From the NCBI GenBank assembly GCA_950096965.1, contig CATNCV010000001.1:323-64322 (forward strand): a stretch of 64,000 bases of DNA. The letters are read 5' to 3'. This document shows positions 1 to 10,304 of this stretch, piece after piece. The notes beneath the pieces were generated by a model. It did not search any database, was not told the DNA's origin, and saw nothing but the letters and a program-made list of their open reading frames with translations. Source of the stretch: an uncultured Clostridiaceae bacterium (lineage in GTDB: Bacteria; Bacillota; Clostridia; TANB77; CAG-508). How positions within the stretch are numbered: position 1 is the stretch's first letter; each line of letters begins with the position of its first letter. Position numbers and translations under genes: made by a program.

Positions 1-949
1 CCTAAACTCATAATACTAAATTTTAAAATTAAAGAATTTACTATAAAAGAACCAAGTATCATTAAAATAATAGATATTGATAATAATATAGGTAAAATTA
101 CACCAACTTTTTCTTTATTTTTATTATGAATTTTGTTAAAAGATATGTTTGATATAACTCTTACAATACGAGAAATACATAAAATAATCCCTATTATTAG
201 AGCTGTTTTTTCTACACTAAAGTTTAATAATAATTCTTGTTGTATAAATAGCTTTCCATTAGATTGTCCAGAATTTACAATAGGGAAAAATAGCCCATAT
301 GAAATAAGCAATACTATTATTAATTTGCTATAATGTATTTTTACTTTGTTTTTATTTTCTTTTTTCACATTATTATAATTAGAAAAATCTATCATAGAAA
401 ATGATAATATAAAACAAATAAAACAAAAGAATATACACCCAAACATTGGCAAATACTTATTTAAATTAAACATTGGACTTGCAATAAAAGATATAATCAT
501 TGTTACAGTGGCATAAACAGTATTTGCTTTAGTTTTAATTTTTATATATTCATCACCTCTATTTTGCAATTCAAGGTTATTTTTTAATATTGCATTTTCC
601 ATGTTTTGAAAAGTAAATGCAATTTCACAAACAACTTTTCCTAAAGCGATAGTTATATAATTTTGTCCAAAAGTTAATAATAAACTAGATACTAAGAATA
701 GTAATGAGCCTAATCGAACTGAATTAGTATTTCCTATTCTATTTATAATTTTTAAAAGGGGCATTTGTAATAATATGCAAGTTACTAAAGATACACTAGT
801 CAAAGAAACTATTTGAGAACTATTAAAATTCTTTACAACTGATAAAAATAATGTATCTATTGCAATCCAAAAAAGTAAATCTGAAGATAAACCAGAATAC
901 CATGGAAATATTTTATTAAATTTTGTTAATGATATATTTTTTTCCATTT
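1..949 (-). CDS. polytopic membrane transporter, MFS-like; start codon at 947-949, 3' end runs off the window
   Basis: Open minus-strand frame from ATG at 947-949 (AGGTGG RBS at 952-957) to position 1. Translation MEKNISLTKFNKIFPWYSGLSSDLLFWIAIDTLFL... is almost entirely hydrophobic helices with short loops. It is absent from the ORF track only because it is truncated. Confidence 0.45.
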
Positions 950-1153
950 TTCCACCTATTTTTTCTTTTTTCTACATTATAATAACATAAAAAATATTAT
1001 AATTAAAGTCAAATTGATAATTTTTTTACATAAATCATTACAAAAGCTAAAATTCAAAACAAAAAGAATTGATTTGCTACTGTAGGGAGCTTAAGTGTCA
1101 TCATGATATTGGCTAAATAGGAAAAATCGGCATTATGCCGATTCTTAAATCAA

Positions 1154-2389
1154 TTATTTTAATTTATTCAAATACAAATCCTTTGCAACTTCTGGGTTAT
1201 GTGGTCCATTAAAATCTTTAATAGGTGCAAATTCATCTTCTTTATTTACTCGTAAAAGTATCATATCATCAAAAAATGAAAAAGCATCAAATATAAAAGT
1301 TTCAAACTTAAAAGTATTAGGAGTTTCAGGTATTTGTTTCATTCCTTCATCATTTACAAAAGTATTTTTTTTAAATGCCCTATGGTAAGGTAAACTCTTA
1401 CCAGCAATAAGTTCAAGAGAATCAATACTAAATAAATGAGCAAGCATATTAATTTCTCTATATAAATCATACCCATTTTCGTTTTTAGCTATTTTCATGT
1501 CAGCACTTAAATGTGAGCTATTAATTATTGCTGGTTTGCCATTTCGTTTAGCAAAAATCCAGTCTAAACTATTTACATCTTCTTTAAATAAAGTTTTCGA
1601 AGAAATATGAGCATTATTTTTAGCAGTTAATCCTATTAAAATAGGATCAACGATATCTAAAATAACATTATCTACGCCACTAAAAAATACCCACTTAATA
1701 TTTCTATTTTTCATATCTTCAAGCATTCCATGCTTTTTTAATGCACCAAAAACATCACCATTACCATTAGAAGCTTCTTTAATTTTATAAGTTTCTTCTA
1801 ATATCAAATTTTCGGTTATATCTATTAAAGGTAATTGTGATTGAGCAAAGAATTTAATAGAATCTTTTGGATATCCAAAAAAGTTTTTATCTTCAAAAAA
1901 CTTTTTTGTAGCTTCATCATTATAAATACTAGTCATAATGTACCAAGGAATAGTAACATTATACTTTGTATTTGCTTTTTTTAAATTATCACATAATATT
2001 TCAAATAAGGATTTCTTAGGAATTATATCAAGCTCAAAAGTACCTTTAGGACCTTTATAGCCAAGCCTTGTACCTTGACCACCAGCCATTGTAACAACTG
2101 CAAGAGCATTTTCTTTTATGTAAGTTTCACCTAAAGCCATGTATAAATTTTTCTCATCATGACTTAGATCAGTTTTATCAAAATAAGGCAAAGGTTTTAT
2201 TAAATTACAAGGAAGTATTTCATCAGTTTTAGAAGCTTCATATAAATCAAAAATTTGCTTAAAATCAATACGCAAAATTTGATTTACTAAAAACTTTTTT
2301 TGCTCATCATCTAATTCATCATAAAAAGATAATAAATGTTCTTGATTATATTCTTTTAAAATCTCTTTTGCTTTCAGAAAATTATCCAT
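1154..2389 (-). CDS. UDP-N-acetylhexosamine / UDP-sugar pyrophosphorylase (UAP1-type nucleotidyltransferase)
   Basis: 411 aa. Carries the AGGQGTRLGYKGPKG signature of the eukaryotic-type UDP-GlcNAc pyrophosphorylase family. Confidence 0.7.
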   Translation of the reverse strand: MDNFLKAKEILKEYNQEHLLSFYDELDDEQKKFLVNQILRIDFKQIFDLYEASKTDEILPCNLIKPLPYFDKTDLSHDEKNLYMALGETYIKENALAVVTMAGGQGTRLGYKGPKGTFELDIIPKKSLFEILCDNLKKANTKYNVTIPWYIMTSIYNDEATKKFFEDKNFFGYPKDSIKFFAQSQLPLIDITENLILEETYKIKEASNGNGDVFGALKKHGMLEDMKNRNIKWVFFSGVDNVILDIVDPILIGLTAKNNAHISSKTLFKEDVNSLDWIFAKRNGKPAIINSSHLSADMKIAKNENGYDLYREINMLAHLFSIDSLELIAGKSLPYHRAFKKNTFVNDEGMKQIPETPNTFKFETFIFDAFSFFDDMILLRVNKEDEFAPIKDFNGPHNPEVAKDLYLNKLK

Positions 2390-2590
2390 AAAATAATTAA
2401 CACCCTTTATTAATTAGTAACACAAGAAATTAATCAATGCCTTGTATTTTTTTATATAAAAAGTATTCCATTTAAAATTAAAACTGTAGAGCCAAATCAA
2501 TAAGAAATACTAAAAAGCATTTACTGATTTATTTTATGCCATTAATTGTAATATAAGAAAAATTGGCTTTGGGAATACATTTTATGTTGT

Positions 2591-2648
2591 AGGGGTTGCT
2601 TGCTGAAGGGCAACCCATGTGGCGAAGCCACTTTTGTTTTTTATATAT
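2591..2648. terminator. tandem hairpins plus T-run between two minus-strand genes, probably a bidirectional intrinsic terminator
   Basis: GGGTTGCTTGCTGAAGGGCAACCC hairpin, then GTGGCGAAGCCAC hairpin, then TTTTGTTTTTT. Confidence 0.45.
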
Positions 2649-2668
2649 AATATACATAAAAGTATATT

Positions 2669-3463
2669 TTAGTGAATAGCTGTTTTTAAGCTTTTAATAA
2701 TCATTTCATTATTAGGCATATTAGAATCTTCCAAAGCCTTAATTTCATCATCAATTAAATAAGGAACTCTAACCAAAGTAATATTAAAAGTCTCCAATTT
2801 TTTAGAATTCAAATTTCCCTCTAAATATGCATATGAAGCCATAGTAGAAAATTTATTAGTTTCATCATCTTCTTTATCATTCATCATTTCAACTGGAACT
2901 CCAACACTCCCAACATTAAAAATAGTTTTATTTTTAAAACGAAATAGATTAGGAGTATGTATATGACCATAGCCCACAACATCAGGAATAGGGTCATTTT
3001 TACTTTTCCCTAAAAATTTGGTATTCTTAAATAAATCTTCAGGGTTATTAATAACAAGATTATGATACCTAGTATCACTATTGTCATACATAGGGTTAAA
3101 AACATGTTCTAAACTAAAAGGAGAAGCATGAAATAACCTAATTAAATGCCCACTCATATAAAATTCATATGAAACAGGAAGGTTATAAATAAAGTTAGCT
3201 CTTTCTTCACCAAGAATATCTCTACTCCAGAACCTACCAGGTTGAACATTAGGTTTGCAAATAAATTCATCACAATTACCTTTTAAAATAACTTCACATC
3301 TGTTTCGTAGTATATCAACTACTTTATCTGGATTTGCACACTTAATAACACTATCGCCTAAACAATAGATTTTACTAATACCTTTTGAATCAATATCTTT
3401 AAGAACAGCATTTAAGGCTGTTAAATTACCATGTACATCAGAAATAATTGCAATTTTATCCAT
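2669..3463 (-). CDS. metallophosphoesterase (calcineurin-like, YfcE/MPP family)
   Basis: 264 aa. N-terminal IISDVHGN and later GDxx / GHxH motifs typical of metallophosphoesterases. Confidence 0.8.
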   Translation of the reverse strand: MDKIAIISDVHGNLTALNAVLKDIDSKGISKIYCLGDSVIKCANPDKVVDILRNRCEVILKGNCDEFICKPNVQPGRFWSRDILGEERANFIYNLPVSYEFYMSGHLIRLFHASPFSLEHVFNPMYDNSDTRYHNLVINNPEDLFKNTKFLGKSKNDPIPDVVGYGHIHTPNLFRFKNKTIFNVGSVGVPVEMMNDKEDDETNKFSTMASYAYLEGNLNSKKLETFNITLVRVPYLIDDEIKALEDSNMPNNEMIIKSLKTAIH

Positions 3464-3750
3464 TTTATAATCTCCTTTACAACTTAATAAAATTATACAA
3501 TAAAAAAAATAGTTTTACAATACAATTGACTCAAATTTTAAATGGAAGTTGTAAGTTGGAGGTTGAAATTGTATAAGGATAGTTTAAGGGAATTATCTAT
3601 AAGGAGTTATACTACTATGGTAAAACTAAAAAGAATTTCTTGAAAAAAATAATGCATTATGTTATTATGAAATTATAAGGAATATATGAGAAATATATTT
3701 ATCAAATTTATAAAAAGTTGCAAAGAAAAATAAATATAGGAGCAATTATT

Positions 3751-4557
3751 ATGAACTATGAATATCTAAATAACATGATTAAATATATAGAAGAAAATTT
3801 AACACAAGACATAGAATATAAGAAATTATCACAAATAGTAGGTGTTTCAGAATATTCATTGCAAAGAATATTTATATTCTTAACAAATATATCATTATCA
3901 GAATATATTAGAAAAAGAAGACTAAGTAGAGCATTTGAAGAATTAAAAACGACAGATGTAAAAATTATAGATATAGCAATTAAGTATAAATATGATTCAC
4001 AAATTTCATTTGCTAGAGCATTTAAGTCAATGTTTGGTATGACTCCAAGCGAATGCAAAACAACAAATATAGAATACAAGCAATTTCCGATAATTACTTT
4101 TAACAATAATAATAATACATGCGAAGAATTTAAATATGAAATAAAAGATATTGATAAAATAGAACTATATTGTGTAGAAACTTCAGCGAAAACTCATGAT
4201 GATTTATTATATAATATAAGAAAGTTATATTCAGATATAGAAGATAATGGACTATATAAAAAATTTAACGAAAATGGAATGTATGGAATATCTATTTGCA
4301 AAGAAAATGAATATTTATACTATATTGGAAGTGAAAAAGAGTATAAAAATACAATACAATTAACAATTCCATCAGGGAAATATGCAATATTTAGTGTTGG
4401 CTCAAGAGAGCAAAAAGATATAGTAAAAAAAGAAAAGAAGATATATGCACAATGGTTACAATCCACAAATTATAATATAGATCACGAATTTAATCTTGAA
4501 TTGTATACGAAAGACAATTGCTATTTATATATAAAAATAAAAGATAAACAAAACTGA
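3751..4557 (+). CDS. AraC-family transcriptional regulator with C-terminal GyrI-like effector domain
   Basis: HTH_AraC signature (SEYIRKRRLSRAFEEL, FARAFKSMFGMTPSEC). The start is moved to the ATG at 3751, which has a TAGGAG RBS 8 nt upstream; the track ORF begins at 3718. Confidence 0.7.
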   Translation: MNYEYLNNMIKYIEENLTQDIEYKKLSQIVGVSEYSLQRIFIFLTNISLSEYIRKRRLSRAFEELKTTDVKIIDIAIKYKYDSQISFARAFKSMFGMTPSECKTTNIEYKQFPIITFNNNNNTCEEFKYEIKDIDKIELYCVETSAKTHDDLLYNIRKLYSDIEDNGLYKKFNENGMYGISICKENEYLYYIGSEKEYKNTIQLTIPSGKYAIFSVGSREQKDIVKKEKKIYAQWLQSTNYNIDHEFNLELYTKDNCYLYIKIKDKQN

Positions 4558-4712
4558 TTCACAATTTGTTTATCTTTTATTTCATTTATTGATATAATTA
4601 ATGAAATAAAGTATTTAGGAAAAGTAATATAAAAAATAGTTATAGACTTAAAGCAGTATGAAGTATATTTATTAAATTTATAGAAAGTTGTAAAAGAAAG
4701 TAGGAGTATAAA

Positions 4713-5273
4713 ATGGAATTAAAAGAAGCAATAGAAAATAGAAGAAGTATTAGAAAATATAAAGATATAGAAGTACCAAAAGAACTAATAGAAGATTTAA
4801 TAGAATGTGCAAGGCTAGCGCCATCAGCTAAAAATAGACAACCTTGGGAATTCTTAATAGTAAAAAGTAACACAAAAAATGAAATTGCAGATATAATGCT
4901 AGAAAAAGAGAAAGGGCGAAATATTAGTTTAGAAAATAAACTACTTAATGCAAACAGTAGTGTAAAAGCAACAGCAAAAATAATAAAAGAAGCACCCATA
5001 CTTATATTAGTCTTCAAACCATACAATGATAATTGGAATACAGGAGATACACTTTCAGTAGGTGGAGCAATAGAACATATATGCTTAAGAGCAACTGACT
5101 TAGGGTTAGGCTCACTTTGGATAAGAGATACGGTATATAGTCAAAAAGAAATAGCAAAATTAGTAGGATATGAAAATATAGAGCTAATTTCAGCAATTTC
5201 GGTAGGGTATGCAGATGAAACACCTAAACAAAGACCGAGAAAAAAATTAGAAGAAATATTAAAATGGTATTAG
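4713..5273 (+). CDS. nitroreductase family protein
   Basis: RRSIRKYKD and LAPSAKNRQPWEFLIV motifs of NAD(P)H nitroreductases. Confidence 0.8.
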   Translation: MELKEAIENRRSIRKYKDIEVPKELIEDLIECARLAPSAKNRQPWEFLIVKSNTKNEIADIMLEKEKGRNISLENKLLNANSSVKATAKIIKEAPILILVFKPYNDNWNTGDTLSVGGAIEHICLRATDLGLGSLWIRDTVYSQKEIAKLVGYENIELISAISVGYADETPKQRPRKKLEEILKWY

Positions 5274-5293
5274 TAAATAGGAGAAAAATAAAA

Positions 5294-6184
5294 ATGAATA
5301 AAGAAATATTAGAATTTTATAAAAAAACAAGCCCATACACAGACTTAGGTTATTATAAAGAATTTGCAAAAAGCTTACCAAATGATATTGAAGAATTATG
5401 CTTACTACAAAGAATGCAAATAATTCATCCAGTAGCATTTAGGGACAAAGAAATTAGAAATAAACAAAAATGCTTTTGGGGAGATATGACAAAAGTAGAA
5501 GTTACTAGATTAGAATATGAAGACGATATTTTCCCAACAGCTCAAAGTGTAATTGCAGAACTATTAAGGAAAAATCCAAATTATAATATAAATAGAGAGG
5601 CAAAAGATAAAGTACATGTTACTTGTAGAAGCCAAGCAATAACATTAGCAAGTATATTAAAAGCAAAAGGAATACCAGCAAGAGCAAGAAGCGGGTTTGC
5701 TGAATATATAAAATATGATGGAATATATTATGACCATTGGATTACAGAATATTATGATGAAAAAGAAGGAAGATGGAAATTAGTAGATCCAGATATGCAC
5801 TGCCCAGCCCATGAAATGGCATTTGACTTAAATGATATTCCATATGATAAATTTTTATTTGGAGCTAAGGCATATTTAGGAGTTAGAAAAAAGCAATATG
5901 AAGAAACTACAATTTTATATTCTTCAGACCCACCAACACTAGGTTTAAAAGCAGCAATTAGAGGACTATTTTTCGATTTTCATTCACTAATGAATGATGA
6001 AATTATATTTTTACATATGCCAAAATATATACAAGATAAAAACTTTGAATTAAGTGAAGAGGAATATAAAGAACTAGATGATTTAGCAGAGCTTATGTTA
6101 GAGCCAAATAAAAATTTTGAAAAACTGCAAAAAATATGGGAACAAAATCCAAAGTTTAGAATTATGTCAGGAGCATTAAATTAA
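5294..6184 (+). CDS. transglutaminase-like cysteine protease superfamily protein
   Basis: Putative Cys-His-Asp core (CRSQAITLASILKAKGIPARARSGF ... DHW ... D). Start at MNKEILEFY, which has an AGGAG RBS. Confidence 0.6.
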   Translation: MNKEILEFYKKTSPYTDLGYYKEFAKSLPNDIEELCLLQRMQIIHPVAFRDKEIRNKQKCFWGDMTKVEVTRLEYEDDIFPTAQSVIAELLRKNPNYNINREAKDKVHVTCRSQAITLASILKAKGIPARARSGFAEYIKYDGIYYDHWITEYYDEKEGRWKLVDPDMHCPAHEMAFDLNDIPYDKFLFGAKAYLGVRKKQYEETTILYSSDPPTLGLKAAIRGLFFDFHSLMNDEIIFLHMPKYIQDKNFELSEEEYKELDDLAELMLEPNKNFEKLQKIWEQNPKFRIMSGALN

Positions 6185-6408
6185 GAGACCACTTTTTTTA
6201 GGATTTTATAAGTAAAAAACAAGAATAAAATTTTCTAATAAAATATAAGAGCTATCGCAGATGACTTTCCTTAGAATATAAAAATGCTTGTACAACTTTA
6301 AGTAAAATAAAAGCTAAAGTATAAAAATAAATACTTTAGCTTTTATTATTAAAAAAATGTAATAAAAAACCTAATAAAATATAAAAATAATAGTAGGAGG
6401 TATAAAAA

Positions 6409-6996
6409 ATGTTAAAAATGATAGATTTACCATATCCATTAAATGCACTAGAGACATATTATACAAAAGAAATGTTAGACTTGCACTATAATGTTTTATA
6501 TAAAGGTTATATAGATAACACAAATAAAACAGAAGAGCAGTTAGCAAAAGCAAGAGAAACAAATGACTTTTCAAATATAAAATGTTTAGAAAAGAATTTA
6601 AGTTTCTTTGGTTCAGGAGCAATATTGCACGAGCTATTTTTTGAAAATATGGGGCCAGCAATACCAACTTCTCCAAGTATAGAGTTAATGGAGCAAATAA
6701 TAAAAGACTTTGAAAGTTTCGAAAAATTTAAGGAACAATTTACAGCAGCATCTACTCAAGTAGAAGCCTCAGGTTGGTGCTTATTAGTATGGGTTCAAAA
6801 ATGGAATAAACTAGAAATACTTCAATGCGAAAAACACCAAAACCTAACACTATGGGGTTGCAAACCACTACTAGTATTAGATATGTGGGAACACTCATAC
6901 TACTTGCAATACAAAACAAAAAGACCAGAATATATAAATGCATTTTGGAATATTTTAAATTGGAATGTAGTAAATAAGAGATTTTTAGAAAAATAG
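6409..6996 (+). CDS. sodA: superoxide dismutase (Fe/Mn family)
   Basis: 195 aa. LPYPLNALE...HYNVLYKGY...DMWEHSYYLQY are the canonical Fe/Mn-SOD motifs. Confidence 0.9.
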   Translation: MLKMIDLPYPLNALETYYTKEMLDLHYNVLYKGYIDNTNKTEEQLAKARETNDFSNIKCLEKNLSFFGSGAILHELFFENMGPAIPTSPSIELMEQIIKDFESFEKFKEQFTAASTQVEASGWCLLVWVQKWNKLEILQCEKHQNLTLWGCKPLLVLDMWEHSYYLQYKTKRPEYINAFWNILNWNVVNKRFLEK

Positions 6997-7006
6997 AAAA
7001 TATATA

Positions 7007-7035
7007 CCCCGAAAGTACTTAGTACTTTTGGGGTA
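7007..7035 (+). terminator. intrinsic terminator after sod
   Basis: CCCCGAAAGTACTTAGTACTTTTGGGG hairpin followed by A/T-rich sequence. Confidence 0.55.
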
Positions 7036-7102
7036 AAAAAATAATAAAATTCAGACAAATGGTAATAATTATAAAAAAGAGTTTTATATAAGGAGAGCAT
7101 AA

Positions 7103-9706
7103 ATGCAAGAAAAAGAAGAGAAAAATGACATTATAAAAATGTATGAAAAGGAAAGCTTAAAAAATATAGATGATTTTATAAAAGAAAATAATATAGATAC
7201 AAAAAATGGTCTAAATGAAAAACAAATAGAAGAAAATATAAATAAATATGGTTTAAATGAAATAAGGCAGAATAAACCAAAACAATGGTATAACTATTTC
7301 TTTGAAAGTTTACTAAGCCCATTTAACCTAATACTATTAGGAATAGCAGTGGTTTTAATATATACAGACGTAATTTTGCCAGAAACAAAAAACTATTCAA
7401 ACATAATAGTAATACTTATATTAACAGCAGTAAGTACTTTATTAGAGTTTTTTGAAGTATTTAAATCAAATAAAGCAGCAGAAAAACTAAAAAGCCTAAT
7501 AGAAACAAAGGCATTAGTATTAAGAAATGGAAGAGAAGAAAAAATTGCCTTAAATCAAATAACAGTAGGAGATATTATAATACTTTCAGCAGGAGATATA
7601 ATACCAGCAGATTTAAAAATAATAGAAGCAAAAGACTTATATGTATCGCAATCAACATTAACAGGAGAAAGTGAAGCATCAAAAAAGGTAGTTAACTTAG
7701 AAAATAACAAAATAGAAACAATAACAGACCTAAACAATGTATGCTTTATGGGCACAAATGTAACAAGTGGCTATGCAAAAGCAGTAGTAATAAAAACAGG
7801 AGATAACACCTACTTTGGAAAAATAGCACATACAGTAACAAATGGAAAACCACAAACAGCCTTCCAAAAAGGAATAAAAAGTGTAAGTAAACTATTAATA
7901 AAATTTATGCTAGTAATGATACCAATAATATTTATACTAAATGTTAATACACATGGAACACTAGTAGCATTTACCTTTGCAGTAGCAATAGCAATAGGAA
8001 TAACCCCACTTTTACTGCCAGTAATACTATCATCAAGTCTTGCAAAAGGTGCAGTAAAAATGTCAAAGAAAAAAACAATAATAAAAAAATTAGATTCAAT
8101 ACAAAGTTTTGGAGCAATGAACATTCTATGTACAGATAAAACAGGAACACTAACAGAGGATAAAATAGTACTAGAAAAATATTTAGATATAAAAGGCGAG
8201 GAAGATATGGATGTACTAAAACATGTATATCTAAATTCATATTTCCAAACAGGTCTAAAAGGAAACATAGATGAAGCAATAATAGCAAGAGGAGAAAAAG
8301 AAGGAATAAAAGAAATTGCAAAAGAGTATAAAAAAATAGATGAAATTCCATTTGACTTTTCAAGAAGAAGACTTTCAATAGTAGTTACAGATGGCCGAAA
8401 GGAAAAACTAATAACAAAGGGTGCTATTGAAGAAATATTAAATATATGTACAAAAGTAGAATATAAAGGAGAAATAACAAACCTTACAGAAGAAATAAAA
8501 ACAAATATAAAAAATATAGCAAAAAACTTAAACGAACAAGGTCTAAGAGTACTTGGAATATGTGAAAAAACAGATATAAAGGAAATAAAACATTTTGAAG
8601 TAAAACACGAAGAAGATATGATACTAATGGGATTCATAGGTTTCCTAGACCCACCAAAAGAAAGCGCCAAAGAAGCAATAAATATGTTAAACAATAATGG
8701 AATAAGGGTAATAGTACTAACAGGAGATAACGAATATGTAACAAAAGCAGTATGTGAAAAAGTAGATATAAACACAAAAAGAATAGTATTGGGAAGTAAA
8801 ATAGATAAATTATCAGACAAAGCCTTACAGCGAATATTAAAAGACACAAACATATTTGCGAAACTATCACCAATACAAAAAGCAAGAATAGTAAGAGTAT
8901 TAGGAGAAATGGGAAATATAGTAGGCTATATGGGAGATGGAATAAACGATAGCCCACCATTAGTTAATTCAGAAGTAGGAATATCAGTAGATACAGCAGT
9001 AGATATAGCAAAAGAAACAGCAGATATAATACTACTAGAAAAAGACCTAAAAGTATTAAATGATGGAGTAATAGAAGGAAGAAAAACCTTTGGAAACCTA
9101 ATGAAATATATAAAATTAGCAGCAAGTTTCAACTTTGGAGAAGTAAGTTCAATACTAATAGCAAGTGTACTTTTGCCATTCTTTCCGATAACGCCAATAC
9201 AGCTATTAGTACAAAGCCTAATATACGATGTAGGGCAATTATCGCTTCCAATGGACAATGTAGATGACGATTATGTAAGAAAGCCAAGGAGATGGAGTAT
9301 AAAAAGTATAAAGAAATTTATGATAGTAATGGGACCGACAAGTGCAATATTTGACCTAATAATATTTGCAACATTATGGTTCATATTTGGAATAAGAGAA
9401 GCAGCAGTATTTCAAACAATATGGTTTTCATATGGTATAATATCAAATTTGATAGGGCTTCATATAATAAGAACAGCGAAGAAGCCTTTTATAGAAAGTA
9501 ACGCTTCAAAAATTGTATATATATTTACAGCAGTAATATGTGTTGTAGCAATATTAGTACCATTTACATTTATAGGTAAATTCTTAGGTTTAGTGCCACT
9601 TAATTTAAAATATATATTATTTATATTTGCGGTGCCAATAGTGTATTGCTTATTAGCTTTAGAGGTTAAGAAGTTGTATATTAGGAAGTATGATGATTGG
9701 ATTTAA
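7103..9706 (+). CDS. mgtA: magnesium-importing P-type ATPase (MgtA-like, type IIIB)
   Basis: 867 aa. Contains CTDKTGTLT (phosphorylation site), TGDN and MGDGINDSPPL P-type ATPase motifs and 10 TM helices. N-terminal region is MgtA-like. Confidence 0.85.
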   Translation: MQEKEEKNDIIKMYEKESLKNIDDFIKENNIDTKNGLNEKQIEENINKYGLNEIRQNKPKQWYNYFFESLLSPFNLILLGIAVVLIYTDVILPETKNYSNIIVILILTAVSTLLEFFEVFKSNKAAEKLKSLIETKALVLRNGREEKIALNQITVGDIIILSAGDIIPADLKIIEAKDLYVSQSTLTGESEASKKVVNLENNKIETITDLNNVCFMGTNVTSGYAKAVVIKTGDNTYFGKIAHTVTNGKPQTAFQKGIKSVSKLLIKFMLVMIPIIFILNVNTHGTLVAFTFAVAIAIGITPLLLPVILSSSLAKGAVKMSKKKTIIKKLDSIQSFGAMNILCTDKTGTLTEDKIVLEKYLDIKGEEDMDVLKHVYLNSYFQTGLKGNIDEAIIARGEKEGIKEIAKEYKKIDEIPFDFSRRRLSIVVTDGRKEKLITKGAIEEILNICTKVEYKGEITNLTEEIKTNIKNIAKNLNEQGLRVLGICEKTDIKEIKHFEVKHEEDMILMGFIGFLDPPKESAKEAINMLNNNGIRVIVLTGDNEYVTKAVCEKVDINTKRIVLGSKIDKLSDKALQRILKDTNIFAKLSPIQKARIVRVLGEMGNIVGYMGDGINDSPPLVNSEVGISVDTAVDIAKETADIILLEKDLKVLNDGVIEGRKTFGNLMKYIKLAASFNFGEVSSILIASVLLPFFPITPIQLLVQSLIYDVGQLSLPMDNVDDDYVRKPRRWSIKSIKKFMIVMGPTSAIFDLIIFATLWFIFGIREAAVFQTIWFSYGIISNLIGLHIIRTAKKPFIESNASKIVYIFTAVICVVAILVPFTFIGKFLGLVPLNLKYILFIFAVPIVYCLLALEVKKLYIRKYDDWI

Positions 9707-9743
9707 GTTCCCATTCCCATTGGGGACGTTTCCTAATGGGAAA
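9707..9743. repeat. copy A of a short inverted-repeat element (GTTCCCATT..GGGGACGTTTCC..AATGGGAA)
   Basis: GTTCCCATTCCCATTGGGGACGTTTCCTAATGGGAA directly after the mgtA stop. Its 30-nt core is the exact reverse complement of 35050-35080 and is related to 25845-25877. Confidence 0.5.
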
Positions 9744-9878
9744 TCTGTCACTTTTGAGAACTTAAGCTTAAAATTAAAATTCACAGCAAAAAAAGAAATT
9801 GTAGGATTTTATATCTAAAATAGATACCTAAAAAATCTGTGCCGATTATAACCTTTTTTATTTTTTAATTGAAAAATA

Positions 9879-9907
9879 TTGACAAAATAAATAATAAAAA
9901 ATATAAT
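9879..9907 (+). promoter_or_regulatory. sigma-A type promoter for the metK leader
   Basis: TTGACA (9879-9884), 17-bp spacer, TATAAT (9902-9907). Confidence 0.5.
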
Positions 9908-9916
9908 GGCTATAAT

Positions 9917-10070
9917 ATGTTATCAAGAGTGGACGAGAGAATCGGCTCAATGACTCCACAGCAACCTATAAAATAAGGTGCTAATACCGACAAAGCATAA
10001 CGCTTTGGCTGATAATTTTCATAAAACGAAAATGTTAACCTTTGGCGTTGTAAACCAAAGGTTTTTGCTA
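9917..10070 (+). promoter_or_regulatory. SAM-I (S-box) riboswitch with terminator, 5' leader of metK
   Basis: GTTATCAAGAG..GAGAGAATCGGCTCAATGACTCC..GCAACC..GGTGCTAATACCG..GGCTGATAA matches the S-box P1-P4 consensus, and the P1 arms pair (TTATCA / TGATAA). It is followed by the AACCTTTGG..CCAAAGGTTTTT terminator at 10037-10066 and sits directly upstream of metK. Confidence 0.75.
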
Positions 10071-10304
10071 TAAAAAAGTCATTTTATAAGGGCATCATTT
10101 GTGAGAATAACAATAATGCAAGACTCAACTCGCCCTTTTCTTATTAATAAATATTCTTGAATAACATACAAATAATAGGAACAAAGAGGAATAAAAAAGA
10201 GGATATGCATCAAACTAACAATAAAACAAAATAGTATAACTGATTTAAAATAAGCACACAAAATCTAACCGCTGACTTCCCAAAAAAGAAAGAAGGAATA
10301 AAAT

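Noticed and set aside
133-333. 66-aa plus-strand ORF
   Set aside because: It lies antisense within the truncated minus-strand transporter gene, has no RBS and is low-complexity.
6997-7102. M-box (Mg) riboswitch upstream of mgtA
   Set aside because: The intergenic region is only ~105 nt and is occupied by the sod terminator. That is too short for an M-box, and no consensus elements were seen.
7555-9258. Several long minus-strand ORFs inside mgtA (for example 7810..8853, 7971..8378, 8634..8960, 8926..9258)
   Set aside because: They are antisense to a well-supported 867-aa P-type ATPase gene. Their translations are low-complexity Leu/Phe/Ile-rich, as expected from AT-rich antisense DNA, and have no RBS or motifs.
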